IMG/VR virus record: IMGVR_UViG_2772190730_000001 | Location: 1-64,000 of that record | From: a virus | Taxonomy: Duplodnaviria; Caudoviricetes | Strand: one strand, 5' to 3' | DNA length: 64,000 nucleotides | Shown here: piece by piece, positions 54,783 to 64,000 of the stretch | Layout of the letters: every line of letters begins with the position of its first letter | Position numbering within the stretch: the first letter of the stretch is position 1 | Program-made: the position numbers and the translations under genes | Notes under the pieces: model-generated | Told to the model about the DNA's origin: nothing | Databases searched by the model: none | What the model saw: the letters and a program-made list of their open reading frames with translations, nothing else

Positions 54783-54948
54783 CTCGGCCTGGCGGTCTTA
54801 GATCCAGGGCGCCAGGTCCGAGGTGACTGACAGATCAGTGACCCGCCGCAGACGGGTGTAACCGATCTGGTGACATCCTGCACCTGATCCGGTGACTGGT
54901 GCTACCCAATCGGCGCACTTGGCCACCAATTCAGGTCACCTGGTCACC

Positions 54949-55203
54949 GTGACCAGTACTTTCGACGCCTCCTTACTGCGGGCCATCAAGGCCGAGCGGG
55001 CTCGCCTGGGCATCAGCCAGGCCGAGCTGGGGGAGCGCCTGGGCGGCTGGCACCGGCAGACCGTGTGGAAGCTGGAGAACGGGCAGCGGGCGCTGCTGGC
55101 CCGGGAGCTCCCGGAGCTGTGCCAGGCGCTGGAGCTGACGGTTGCTCAGTTGTTCGCGCGGGCGTCGAAACGGGACGCGGAGATGCTGGGCCTGAACCGG
55201 TAG
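54949..55203 (+). CDS. XRE-family HTH regulator
   Basis: IKAERARLGISQAELGERLGGWHRQTVWKLENGQR. Confidence 0.85.
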   Translation: MTSTFDASLLRAIKAERARLGISQAELGERLGGWHRQTVWKLENGQRALLARELPELCQALELTVAQLFARASKRDAEMLGLNR

Positions 55204-55205
55204 AG

Positions 55206-55466
55206 CTACGGAGTCTCGGGCAGGCCGAGGGTCCGGCGGACCCTCGGGTCGGCGTCGCGCAGGAGCTGGTTGAGGGTGACGCCCAGGGCCTGGCAGACGG
55301 TCGCGAGTTCGCGGGTGGTGAGTTCGCGTTTGCCGTGTTCGATGTCGGACAGGACTGGCCGGCTGATGGCGAGCAGGGCTGCGAGTTCGGCTTGTTTCAT
55401 GCCGGCGCCGTTCCGTTCGGCGCGGATGGCTGCGCCGAGGGTGCGGGTGAGGGCGTCGGGTGTCAC
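55206..55466 (-). CDS. XRE-family HTH regulator (paralogue)
   Basis: IRAERNGAGMKQAELAALLAISRPVLSDIEHGKR. Confidence 0.85.
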   Translation of the reverse strand: MTPDALTRTLGAAIRAERNGAGMKQAELAALLAISRPVLSDIEHGKRELTTRELATVCQALGVTLNQLLRDADPRVRRTLGLPETP

Positions 55467-55850
55467 GCGTCCAGTACGGACTGGCGGCGTTGGTGTTGGC
55501 CGGTGGGTGCGACATGGGGTCGCTGTTGCGGTGAGCGGGGTCGGGAATTCCGACATCCGGTCTGGCCGGTTTCCGTCCGCCTCGTGGCTGCTGGGACACC
55601 AGATGTATCTGGACGGCTGACCGAAACGTAGGACGTCCGGCCAATTTACCGCCGACTCCTCTACTGGCCGGTCGCTTCCATCGGAGGATGCAAGGCACCC
55701 GGTGATTCGCCCAGACAACCATCGCCGATCCCACCGGGGGACGCAGCAGGCTCGTGGGGATGCGGGCACCAGTGGAGCACGGCAGGCGCAGGCGGGCACG
55801 GCGCGGGAGCGATCCAAACCGAGCGGTCGACCGACCCAGGGGAGCAGCAC

Positions 55851-56150
55851 GTGACGATTCCGCGACCGAGGCCAGGGCACCACGATCAGTGCGACGGATC
55901 CGATGACGCCCTCGACGAGGGTGCCCCGTGCATGTGGGGGGCCGTCGAGTCCGGCGACGTCACCCTCTTCAACCGGCGCATCCAGGGCCAGGACACCATC
56001 CAGGTGGTTCTGCTCCCGCCGCGGGCAACGCTGGCCCTGGACGAACCTGAGGGCGTCGACCTAATCGTGCGTGCGGTACAGCGGGCCCTGGCGGCCGGCT
56101 GGTCGCTGGCTCCGGTGATGGCTGCGCTCGGACCGCACCTCCGCCACTAG
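55851..56150 (+). CDS. Hypothetical protein
   Basis: GGGGAG RBS; convergent with the early operon. Confidence 0.5.
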   Translation: MTIPRPRPGHHDQCDGSDDALDEGAPCMWGAVESGDVTLFNRRIQGQDTIQVVLLPPRATLALDEPEGVDLIVRAVQRALAAGWSLAPVMAALGPHLRH

Positions 56151-56151
56151 C

Positions 56152-56658
56152 TCACGCCGGATCGACCGGTTCGTCGATCCAGGCGAGGGCCCGCCGCGGG
56201 TCGAGCCGGCCTGGCAGCATCGCGGCCAGGGTGACCGCCACTTCGTTCAGCTGATCCCTGTTCAGGCCGGCGAGGATGGCGGCGATCTCGGCCTGGTCTT
56301 GGGCGCGGACCGCGTCGTGCAGCTCGGCGGCCACCGGGACTGCGGGGTGCGGCGGTTCGATCGGTCCCCTCGGCTCCGGGGCGGGGCGAGGCTTCCACGG
56401 CCGCTTCGGCCGGGCTGGAGCCCGCGGCGCAGGGACCGCTGCCCTCAAGGCGGCCCGCTGGATCCGGCCGTTGAGGCTGGCCGCGGCAGCCCGCAGCTTC
56501 AGCTGGTCCGGCCAGCCTTCCTCGGTGAGCACGGCCTCGACGGTGGCGCGGTCGATGGGCACGGTCCGGGCGATGGAAGCGACTCGGGACCCGTTGACGG
56601 CGAGCCGCAGGATCTGCAGCCGCTGCGCATCGGTCAGCTCGGCGTCGAGCATGGTCAC
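56152..56658 (-). CDS. HTH-containing phage protein
   Basis: QILRLAVNGSRVASIARTVPIDRATVEAVL; GTGA coupling. Confidence 0.6.
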   Translation of the reverse strand: MTMLDAELTDAQRLQILRLAVNGSRVASIARTVPIDRATVEAVLTEEGWPDQLKLRAAAASLNGRIQRAALRAAVPAPRAPARPKRPWKPRPAPEPRGPIEPPHPAVPVAAELHDAVRAQDQAEIAAILAGLNRDQLNEVAVTLAAMLPGRLDPRRALAWIDEPVDPA

Positions 56659-57089
56659 GCTGGCTCCTTCGGTTCGTACTGTCGGCAGGCTGGCCACCAG
56701 CGCCTCAGATCGGTTGCCAGGCCGTGGCTGGTGCGGGGTTCGCGGATGGTGACCTTGGGCCCGAACTTCGTCTGCCGCTCGCGTGGGATGGGTGTGACGG
56801 TGCGCCCGGCCCAGCATTTGGCGTAGGTGCGGGAGTGGCCGCCGACCCGGGTGTAGAAGACGCAGCCGCCGCAGCGCAGTCCGGTGATGACGTGGTCGTC
56901 CTCGGTGGGCTGGTCGGCGGCCGGGTGGAGTCGGATGTTCCCGGCGACGAGGGACAGCGGGTGCATGCCGGTCGCGATGGCAGCGGCCTGGCGCCGGCGC
57001 ATCTGTGCTCCGGGTGTGAGGCCGGGTTCGTCGGTGGCCGGTGCGACGCGCAGCTGCTCGGCGTCGAACAGGCCGGCCTGCTCGGTCAC
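56655..57089 (-). CDS. Phage Cys-containing hypothetical protein
   Basis: CGGC, YAKC and WWPAC motifs. Confidence 0.65.
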   Translation of the reverse strand: MTEQAGLFDAEQLRVAPATDEPGLTPGAQMRRRQAAAIATGMHPLSLVAGNIRLHPAADQPTEDDHVITGLRCGGCVFYTRVGGHSRTYAKCWAGRTVTPIPRERQTKFGPKVTIREPRTSHGLATDLRRWWPACRQYEPKEPA

Positions 57090-57442
57090 CGCTCAAGCAC
57101 CAGGCTGAGGGCGGCGAGAACCGCGGCGCTGTTGGTGCGGTCGAGTCCGGACAGCATCCGCTGGAGAGTCCAGTCATGGGTGAGGCCGGTGTCGGGTGTC
57201 GCTCCGACCAGGTGGCAGGAGAGCCGGGCCAGGGCCCGCTCGCTGGAGGACCAGGGCGTGGAGTCGATGCCGTCGGCGAGGTTGACCCAGTCGATGCCCC
57301 AGCCGTCGGCGTACTTGGTCACGTAGGGCTCGATTTTGTAGATGAGGCTGGTGTCGGTGACGACCGCGACGGCGGCGCGGCGGTCAAGGTCGTCGGTGGC
57401 GTAGGTCTTTCGCAGCTGCTGGGTGATTTCGCTGGTGCGCAT
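57086..57442 (-). CDS. Phage hypothetical protein
   Basis: AGGAGG RBS. Confidence 0.6.
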   Translation of the reverse strand: MRTSEITQQLRKTYATDDLDRRAAVAVVTDTSLIYKIEPYVTKYADGWGIDWVNLADGIDSTPWSSSERALARLSCHLVGATPDTGLTHDWTLQRMLSGLDRTNSAAVLAALSLVLER

Positions 57443-57524
57443 GATGGTCCTCCTGGTCGGTGGTCTGAGATGCACTCCCGCCGCCCGGCCCGAGCCCGTC
57501 AGGGCCGGGAGACGAGAGAAGACC

Positions 57525-58106
57525 TCAGACCTCGCAGGCGGCCCAGGCCAGCAGTCGTTCGATGACGTCCTCGGGGGTGTGTCCGTCCCAGGCTGGGGCG
57601 CGGTCCCGGATCGGGATGGGACCGCACTTGGTGTCCCAGTAAGACAAGGGCAGGTGGTAGCTGACCGTGCCGGTGGGCAGGTCGATACCTGCGATGAAGT
57701 AGCCGTCGTGCATGGTGCCGTCGTCGTGCAGCTTGGACCGCCAGGCTCGGTGCAATAGGCCGCTGTTGGCCAGGGCGAGGAATAGAGCGTGCCGGTGCTC
57801 GTAGAGCTCGGCGAAGGTGTGGAACCCGTCGGAGATCTGGCTGCGATCGGTCTGGGGGCTCGGCAGTTCGGCGAACACGACCTGGGTCGTCTTGAACCCG
57901 TAGTCCTCCAGGGACTCGGCCTCGGTCAGATCTGCCTGGGCGTCGTCCGCCGTTGCGGCCCGCTCATACTTCAGCGTCAGCAGGGCGTTCTCGGCGTCGT
58001 ACACGCCCGTGGTGTAGCCGCCGCAGCCGTCGTTGTAGTCGCTGCTCTTGTCGCCGATGGTGAACTCGACGAGCTTGCTGGTGGGCATCGTGGGCAGGTC
58101 GGTCAT
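57525..58106 (-). CDS. Phage protein with WDGH motif domain
   Basis: SDGFHTFAELYEHR...SYHLP...WDGHT. Confidence 0.7.
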   Translation of the reverse strand: MTDLPTMPTSKLVEFTIGDKSSDYNDGCGGYTTGVYDAENALLTLKYERAATADDAQADLTEAESLEDYGFKTTQVVFAELPSPQTDRSQISDGFHTFAELYEHRHALFLALANSGLLHRAWRSKLHDDGTMHDGYFIAGIDLPTGTVSYHLPLSYWDTKCGPIPIRDRAPAWDGHTPEDVIERLLAWAACEV

Positions 58107-58194
58107 GGTTTCCCCCATCGTGGGTTTCGGGTCGGCACCGGCTGGTGGTGTCGCCCCCGCGCCCGGAGATCGGCCGGGCGCGAGAGCGGCACAA

Positions 58195-58686
58195 TCAGCC
58201 GCGAGCTGCCGCGCGAGCCGTGGCGTGCGTAATCCCGGTGCCGGGCCAGCGGTACCCGCCCGGTGCGAGGTGGTGATCCACGGTGTGCGTGGCCCCGTAC
58301 GTGCAGCGCCGGCCGTCCTCGTCCTCAGCCGCGCACCACTCGCCGCGCGTCGGGGTCTTGCCGTACCGCTCCCCGTACTGCCGCAGCAGCCGGATCGCCA
58401 TACCGATCGCAGTCTCGTCCTCGGTCGGTCCGCCGAACTCCTCGACAAGAACCTTCTGCAGGTCCGCCGTCTGCCGCTGCGGGGTCGGCCCCGGCATCAG
58501 CCTGCTGATGCCGATGAGGAACGAATCGACCTGACTGTTCTCGTCTTCCACGGCGATGACGAGTTCCTCGCCATGGTCGGTGACCTCGACGATCACGCAC
58601 TCCTGGCCAGAGGCGATGATGTCGTCGCCTTCGAGGTGGTTCTTCAGGGCGGTGGCGATGTCGCCCGGGCTGATCGTTTCGGACAT
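58195..58686 (-). CDS. Phage hypothetical protein
   Basis: GAGGA RBS; C-terminal Cys/His cluster. Confidence 0.55.
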   Translation of the reverse strand: MSETISPGDIATALKNHLEGDDIIASGQECVIVEVTDHGEELVIAVEDENSQVDSFLIGISRLMPGPTPQRQTADLQKVLVEEFGGPTEDETAIGMAIRLLRQYGERYGKTPTRGEWCAAEDEDGRRCTYGATHTVDHHLAPGGYRWPGTGITHATARAAARG

Positions 58687-59031
58687 GGTTTCCTCGTTCT
58701 GGGATTCGTAGTGGGTGTGGCACCGTCGGGCCCGGCCACCAGCGCGGGCCCGACGGTGGATCGGTGGTGCGGTCCGGGCCGGGCTTCTCCTCCCGACCCG
58801 GACCGGCTCAGAGGCCGGGCAGCTCGTGCTGGCCGGTCGTGACGGCGACCGGAGTAAGACAGGCCGGATGCCAGACCTCGCCGGTCGGCCGGTGCCGGAT
58901 GTGCTCCGCGCAGGACGGCAGCAGACCGCCGCAGCGCGCACACCGGAGAGCCCCGACGTACCAAGCCGCTGACGGGTGGTCGGCAGGCAGGTCGACGGTG
59001 CCGGTGGCGGTCCGCAGCAGGGTCGGCGTGC

Positions 59032-59241
59032 TCACCGTTTTCCCCACCTGCGCCAAGACGCCAGCGTCCAGGTGAGCGGCCATGCAAGGCACGAGAACGC
59101 TGCCCACAAGGCCATCCGTGTCGGTGATGCCTCCGGGAATTCGTCGGCAATCTTGATGACCACGGAGCGGGTCACGTGCGCCGTGAAGAGAAGTCCAAGC
59201 ACGTAAACGACGCCCGCCCAGACAATGAGACTCTCAAACAT
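59032..59241 (-). CDS. Small membrane protein
   Basis: Two hydrophobic segments. Confidence 0.5.
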   Translation of the reverse strand: MFESLIVWAGVVYVLGLLFTAHVTRSVVIKIADEFPEASPTRMALWAAFSCLAWPLTWTLASWRRWGKR

Positions 59242-59656
59242 TGAGTGCCCCCAGTTCCCGGACGATCCGGTGCGCGGTCCGGGCCAGGTTCTCCAGCTCG
59301 TGAGCCCTTGTCTTGGCGACGCCACGCACCGCAGGAGTGGCCTGGGCGTCCTCCGCGGTGGCCCGCCAGGTGATGGCCACGTCATCGAGCATGCGCACGA
59401 TCCGGGCGAGGGCGGCCTTGTCGGCCTGGCTGCCGTTCAGCTGCCCGGCCACCGTGTGCGCCAGGTCCTCCGGGGTGTGCGCCGCCCGGATCACCGCGAG
59501 CAGGGACGGGACAGCGTTACTGCCCGGGTCGACGCCCCGGACCGTCCAGATCGTCGCCTGGCCGGCAGCGCTGTCCCGCACCGCCGTCCAGGTGAACCCG
59601 TCGCAGGGCGGGATCCGGGCCGGCACATCCGGGACCTGGGCCTGAGTGGCGGTCAT
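59234..59656 (-). CDS. Phage hypothetical protein
   Basis: ATGA coupling to the methylase. Confidence 0.55.
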   Translation of the reverse strand: MTATQAQVPDVPARIPPCDGFTWTAVRDSAAGQATIWTVRGVDPGSNAVPSLLAVIRAAHTPEDLAHTVAGQLNGSQADKAALARIVRMLDDVAITWRATAEDAQATPAVRGVAKTRAHELENLARTAHRIVRELGALNV

Positions 59657-60174
59657 GATGCGTTCTCCTTTTGCCAGATCAGCAGGCAGCACCCGAAGGG
59701 CGGCCGCTCGTTCGGCCCGATCTCGGTCTGGCCCGGGCGGATGAATAGGAGTCTGCCGCGGAGGAACTCGACCTTCAGCGGCGAACCGGGCCGGTCGCGG
59801 TACGGCTCGACGCCTTCCTGCCACCAGCCCTGCTCCACCCGGTTGGCCGGCAGGAGCATCACGATGAGCTCGGCCCGGCCGATGTTGAATTCGTGCCAGG
59901 CTTTGGCCACCCAGTTCACGAGGTTTCTGTACGGGGGGTTGCACCAGACGCGGCCGTTCCAGTCCTGCGCCAGGCCGTCATCGGCGCGGGTGTAGAACCT
60001 CGCGCACTTCGCGTTGCACGGTGCCGCCGCCACGTCGAGGTCGAACCCGCCGAACCGCTCAGCCAGGGGGTTGAAGGTGTCGGGGTGGGTGCCCCGGCCG
60101 TCGACCTCGTCCAGTGCGCCGCGCTTATCGGTCTGCTGCGGGTGGTTCTGGCCCTTGAACCCGACCATGCTCAC
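59653..60174 (-). CDS. Phage DNA N6-adenine methyltransferase (Dam-like family)
   Basis: FDLDVAA, DGLAQDW and VWCNPPY motifs. Confidence 0.88.
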   Translation of the reverse strand: MSMVGFKGQNHPQQTDKRGALDEVDGRGTHPDTFNPLAERFGGFDLDVAAAPCNAKCARFYTRADDGLAQDWNGRVWCNPPYRNLVNWVAKAWHEFNIGRAELIVMLLPANRVEQGWWQEGVEPYRDRPGSPLKVEFLRGRLLFIRPGQTEIGPNERPPFGCCLLIWQKENAS

Positions 60175-60648
60175 AGCTGGCCCCTTCCCAGTTCGGCCTG
60201 CACGAGGCGGTCGAGCTGCTCGCCGCGGTCGCCCTGGATGTCCCGCAGGACGTCATCGGTGGGCGTCCACAGGCCGAGCGCGCCCCGGGCCGGGACCGGC
60301 TCCATCAGCGACCAGGCGTCCTCCAGCTGCCAGTGCCACAGGCCGGGCATCGCCCAGTCGGAGGCGCAGCAGCCGGGCTCCTGGTGGTGGCAGCCGGTCA
60401 GGTTGGCGCCACCGAGGATTACCCCGGACGTGTCGACCCGGCCCCGATCGTGGCGGTCAGCCGCTGCGGCCCATGCCTCCTGGAGCGGAGTGCAGGCCGT
60501 CACGGTCCTGCGCTTTGCCCTGGTGGGCGAGCAGGTCACCGCGGTAGTCCGTTGACCAGGAGCGGTTTTCGACGTCCTTCCCGCCGTACACAATCGCCCA
60601 GCCCCACGGCTTCTGGAGGTTAAGGGCCTTCGGCTTCTGCCCGGTCAT
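60171..60648 (-). pseudogene. ASCH-domain gene split by a frameshift near 60487
   Basis: ALNLQKPWGWAIVYGGKDVENRSW in one frame; WHWQLEDAW..EPVPARGALGLW in another. Confidence 0.7.
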
Positions 60649-61016
60649 GCTTCGACCTTCTGGGCGGAGAGCACCAGGATGGCCAGGCTCACCGCGTGCC
60701 CGTCCGGCATCCCGGTGGCTTCCTGGGCCAGCCACTCGGCGAGAACGGATGCCACGTGCGGGCTCATGGTCGCGAGGAAGGGCGCGATCGGGCCGGGCCC
60801 GGTCTCGTCCAGGCCGACCTGGTCGGTGCTGGCGACCACGCACGTCCACGGCCCGGGGTCGTAAGCCTCGACCTCGACGGGACCCGCGCCGGAGCCCCCG
60901 GACACGCTCCACGGTGAGGGGCAGATGGCCTCAGCCGCAGCGGCCATCGCGCGCAGAATCTCGGCCGCCTTGGCCACACCGGCGACCGACTCATCCATGT
61001 TCCGAAAGGTGATCAC
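60645..61016 (-). CDS. Phage hypothetical protein (ead/Ea22-like pattern)
   Basis: AAAAEAICPSPW and FLATMSPHVASVLAEWL patterns. Confidence 0.55.
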   Translation of the reverse strand: MITFRNMDESVAGVAKAAEILRAMAAAAEAICPSPWSVSGGSGAGPVEVEAYDPGPWTCVVASTDQVGLDETGPGPIAPFLATMSPHVASVLAEWLAQEATGMPDGHAVSLAILVLSAQKVEA

Positions 61017-61330
61017 CGCTGGGCCTCCTGATTCGCAATGGCCATCAGCCAGTCGGCGTGGCACGGCTGGCCGACGGGGCAGTAACACATGAGCGTCTTG
61101 CCGCGGAGCTCTTGGCGGATCTGGTCGAGCCAGCCGCGCTCGGTGCAGTACGCCTCGAACAGGCTCACGGCTAGCTCAGGGGTGATGATGAGAGTCAGCT
61201 CGGTCGAGCCGCATTCGAGGAGGTCACCGACGCGGTAGGGGTTTCCCCAGTCCGAACCCCGCGTTACGTTCACCGCGTCCTGCGGTGCCCGCCATCCCTT
61301 GGTGCGCTTCCTCTGGATCCGCTCAGCCAC
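61013..61330 (-). CDS. DUF4326-like protein
   Basis: RIQRKRTKGW, RGSDWGNPY, ELRGKTLMCYC and CHAD motifs. Confidence 0.8.
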   Translation of the reverse strand: MAERIQRKRTKGWRAPQDAVNVTRGSDWGNPYRVGDLLECGSTELTLIITPELAVSLFEAYCTERGWLDQIRQELRGKTLMCYCPVGQPCHADWLMAIANQEAQR

Positions 61331-62603
61331 GGGGCTCGACCTCCTGCGGCCGGTTCTGCGAGATGCGGTACGCAGCGCCCAGCAGCTGCTCGCGAGCCGG
61401 GTCAACCTGCGGAATCGGGATGACGACCGTGACCGAGTCCGGCATGCCCGCCTCGACGTCCCGGTCCCACAACGGCGCGACAGCCCGGGCGACAGGTTCG
61501 GCCAGCAGCGACAACTCGTTGAGCCACTTCTCGATGATCGAGTCCTGCGACTCTTCGCCGTCGTACTCCTCGGGCATCCGGTCGGCGATTCCGTTCTGCC
61601 AGTCCTCCAGTTCGGTTGCGGCAGCGTTCGCCTCGCGGGCGCGCTGCTCCCACTTTTCGGCGTCAGCGCGCCGCTGGTCCCGATCGGCGGCCATCGTGGT
61701 GAGCGCGTTGGTCAGCCGGATCACGTCAGCCTCAGCCGCGGCCAGCCGCTGCTTCAGGAGCCGGTTCTCCTCCAGGCGCACGCTGTACTTCCGGGCCCAC
61801 TCACCGTTCGACCGGGCCAGCGCCTCGTTCGCCGCGGTGTCACCGGACAGGAGCCCGGTGGAGTCCATGGCCAGCAACTGGTCGATCTCGTCCCGCGCGG
61901 ACAGCAGGAGCCGCTGCCTGGCCCGCCCGGGGTTCTCCACGGCCAGGGCCTGGGCAGGCAGGTCGGTGTCCTCGAATCCGGCCGGCCCCACCGGCGGCCG
62001 GGAACCGGAGAGCAGGGCGTCCCTTCGGGACCGCGGCACGAACCAGCCAGGGTCTGTCGCCGCACGCGCCCGGGCGTCGGCCTCAGCCATCCGAGCCGAC
62101 AGGTCCGGGTCCGTGTCGACCAGCGAACCCGGCTCGGCGCGCTCAAGCGCAGGCAGGAACGCCCAGTGGTCGACGCACCAGCCCTCCGGGTCCTGGTCCT
62201 CATCGTCGTTGAGGACCAGTTCGGCGAACTGCACGACCGGCAGACCGAGATGCACCGAGGTGACGCGGCCGATCTTCCCGGCAGCTGCTGAGACCTTGGC
62301 CGCACCGAGCACCAGGATTCGTGCACCGATAAGCGGCTGCACCCTGGGCAGCTGGAATCCGCCCACGATCGCCCAGGCCGTAGCGGCAATGCCCAGCCCT
62401 TCCGAACTGATGCGGGAAGTCGAGAGGACATCATCACCGGGGAGCAAGTCGAAGTCGGCCGTGACGATCTCGCCGACCGGCAGTGCAGCGTTCGCTCGGC
62501 CCAGGACCAAGACGCGCTGGCCCTGCCTCACCGACGGCTTGAACCGTTCTGGGTGCTCGGTGACCTCGGCGGCGAGTTCCGCGGGGATCTCGATGAGCGT
62601 CAC
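61323..62603 (-). CDS. Phage hypothetical protein with coiled coil
   Basis: 426 aa with GTGA coupling. Confidence 0.65.
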   Translation of the reverse strand: MTLIEIPAELAAEVTEHPERFKPSVRQGQRVLVLGRANAALPVGEIVTADFDLLPGDDVLSTSRISSEGLGIAATAWAIVGGFQLPRVQPLIGARILVLGAAKVSAAAGKIGRVTSVHLGLPVVQFAELVLNDDEDQDPEGWCVDHWAFLPALERAEPGSLVDTDPDLSARMAEADARARAATDPGWFVPRSRRDALLSGSRPPVGPAGFEDTDLPAQALAVENPGRARQRLLLSARDEIDQLLAMDSTGLLSGDTAANEALARSNGEWARKYSVRLEENRLLKQRLAAAEADVIRLTNALTTMAADRDQRRADAEKWEQRAREANAAATELEDWQNGIADRMPEEYDGEESQDSIIEKWLNELSLLAEPVARAVAPLWDRDVEAGMPDSVTVVIPIPQVDPAREQLLGAAYRISQNRPQEVEPRG

Positions 62604-63262
62604 CGGTCCTCGACCTCCCGCCGCGTCGGCAGGCCACCGTAGGGGGATGGCACGAGGCCCTCTTCCGGCTCGTCGTCCCGCGGGTCATCCGGCTCATGGT
62701 CGAAGCACACCTCGCCCGCGTGGTCGACCGGCTCGGCGCAGCCGTCCTCGGCGCACTCGATCACCTTGCGCATGGTCGAGGTCATTTCCCGCCACAGGCG
62801 CTCCACGAAGCCGTCGGGGTAGCGGGTGTAGAAGCCGCGGTGCAGGCCAGCGTTCAGGTCGTCCTTGGTGAACCCGAGCTGGTATTTGCCATCCTCGTAG
62901 ATGAACACGGCCGGGGTGCCGTCCTCGTCGCAGGGCCCGACCCGCAGGTCCAGGCTCGCCCCGGGCAGGGCGGGGCCGTGCTCGTCGATCGTCTGCACCT
63001 TGCCCGGTCGGGGCGTCTCGGCAACGGCCCACTTGGTGACCGACCAGGCAATCTCGCGGAACTCGGCCGGACCGTAGGCAACCTGCGTCATGACCTCCCG
63101 GGTGCTGGGGAAGGTGAACGCGACGACACCGATCATTCCCTCGATGTCAGGAATGGCAGGCGCAGTGACAATGTGGATCTGATCGCCGACGTTCGGCATG
63201 GGGGTGTTCGGATCCTCGCTGGAGCCGACGACGGCCCCTGGCGGGATGGCGATTTCGGGCAT
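62600..63262 (-). CDS. Phage hypothetical protein
   Basis: GAGGGG RBS; acidic C-terminus with Cys/His. Confidence 0.6.
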   Translation of the reverse strand: MPEIAIPPGAVVGSSEDPNTPMPNVGDQIHIVTAPAIPDIEGMIGVVAFTFPSTREVMTQVAYGPAEFREIAWSVTKWAVAETPRPGKVQTIDEHGPALPGASLDLRVGPCDEDGTPAVFIYEDGKYQLGFTKDDLNAGLHRGFYTRYPDGFVERLWREMTSTMRKVIECAEDGCAEPVDHAGEVCFDHEPDDPRDDEPEEGLVPSPYGGLPTRREVEDR

Positions 63263-63297
63263 AGCTGTCCCCTCGAATGTGGGTGCGGTGGTTTTTG

Positions 63298-63900
63298 TTA
63301 CGCGGTGATGGCGGTGCGGGCCCGGCGGGCCTCGGTGCGCTCACGGATCACGTGGCGGCGGATGACGGCCAGCACGGTGAGGCCGGTCAGGATCACGGCC
63401 GGGACGGTGACGGCGGGCGACAGAGGGCCGACCAGGGCGGGCAGCAGCCCGAACACGGCGCCGAGCAGGATCACGTTCAGCAGGCTGGCCGAACCAGCGT
63501 CACGGGTGGCCTGCGCAGAGACCGGTGTGCGGTCAGTCGGCCGAGCGGGCAGCAGTTCACGGCGGATCAGCACCTCGACGACCTCGTCCACGTACTGCCG
63601 GGTGCAGCCCACCTCCAGCCCAATCCGGTGCATGGACGGCCACTCGGTGCCCGGGTACCGGACCATGTGCTGCTGGATGATCGTGTAGATCTCGCGTTGG
63701 ATCTTCGTCAGGCCGAGCGCGTTCACGACGTTCGCGGCCTGGGCGAGCTTCTGCTGCTCGGCCAGCTCCTGCTCGGGGGTGAGGTCCAGCGGCGGGCCGG
63801 ACTTCACGCGGACGGTCAGCTCCAGGACCCGGCCTGCGGTGTCGTGACCGCAGGTCCTGCCGTCGTCCTCGACGTGCCAGACAGCGTCGAAGGATCCCAT
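63298..63900 (-). CDS. LexA-like winged-HTH protein with C-terminal TM helices
   Basis: LTKIQREIYTII...PSMHRIGLEVGCTRQYVDEVVEVL followed by two hydrophobic helices. Confidence 0.6.
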   Translation of the reverse strand: MGSFDAVWHVEDDGRTCGHDTAGRVLELTVRVKSGPPLDLTPEQELAEQQKLAQAANVVNALGLTKIQREIYTIIQQHMVRYPGTEWPSMHRIGLEVGCTRQYVDEVVEVLIRRELLPARPTDRTPVSAQATRDAGSASLLNVILLGAVFGLLPALVGPLSPAVTVPAVILTGLTVLAVIRRHVIRERTEARRARTAITA

Positions 63901-64000
63901 CAGAGAGCCCCTTCCGGGATCCTGGCGACGAGGGTGGCTCGGAGCCTGGTCAGGGCGGCGCGGGCGCTCTGCTCGCTGCCGTCCTGGTCGACGCGGCAGG

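Larger units (their letters stand above)
4940..64000 (-). mobile_element. Siphovirus-type prophage (HK97 fold) abutting tRNA-Lys; extends beyond the right edge
   Basis: Terminase, portal, protease, capsid, tail tube, chaperone frameshift, tape measure and lysis genes all present; phage genes start directly after the tRNA 3' end. Integrase not in window. Confidence 0.92.

Noticed and set aside
55467-55883. N-terminal extension of the minus-strand XRE ORF (225 aa)
   Set aside because: The extension is low-complexity, overlaps the next gene and contains operator-like dyads; the paralogue comparison supports a start at 55466.
4864-64000. Second att copy (tRNA 3' end duplicate) and integrase
   Set aside because: No duplicate of TTCGATCCCCCGGGGGCCCACCA and no recombinase motifs seen; presumably beyond 64 kb, so tRNA-site integration remains an inference.
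1-64000. IS elements, rRNA and CRISPR arrays
   Set aside because: No transposase motifs, terminal inverted repeats, rRNA signatures or repeat-spacer arrays found.

Overview
High-GC actinomycete chromosome window. Bases 1-4.76 kb are chromosomal: a VWA/hypothetical/Cys-His operon, a Thr1-Asp17-Lys33 proteasome-beta-like protease and a frameshifted immunity-like remnant. An intact tRNA-Lys(UUU) lies at 4864-4939. From about 4.94 kb to the window end is one siphovirus-type prophage, mostly on the minus strand. In transcription order it holds early/middle genes (Dam-type methylase, ASCH, DUF4326-like, HTH proteins), two convergent XRE regulators, a conjugative mobilisation module, an array of small genes with leaderless promoters, HNH/cos/terminase, an HK97-type head, a cluster of fibre/carbohydrate-active genes with a Wzy-like moron, the tail and the lysis genes. 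The integrase and far att site are not in the window. The main oddity is an apparently intact MobF relaxase-helicase, VirD4-type coupling protein, DUF4913-like gene and DUF2637/SpdA-like gene embedded in the phage, with no integrase, transposase, Rep or T4SS of its own. A perfect 28-bp palindrome and CCTAC repeats sit just upstream of and inside the relaxase. This suggests a conjugation-mobilisable prophage. All family assignments come from motif recognition by eye, not database searches.
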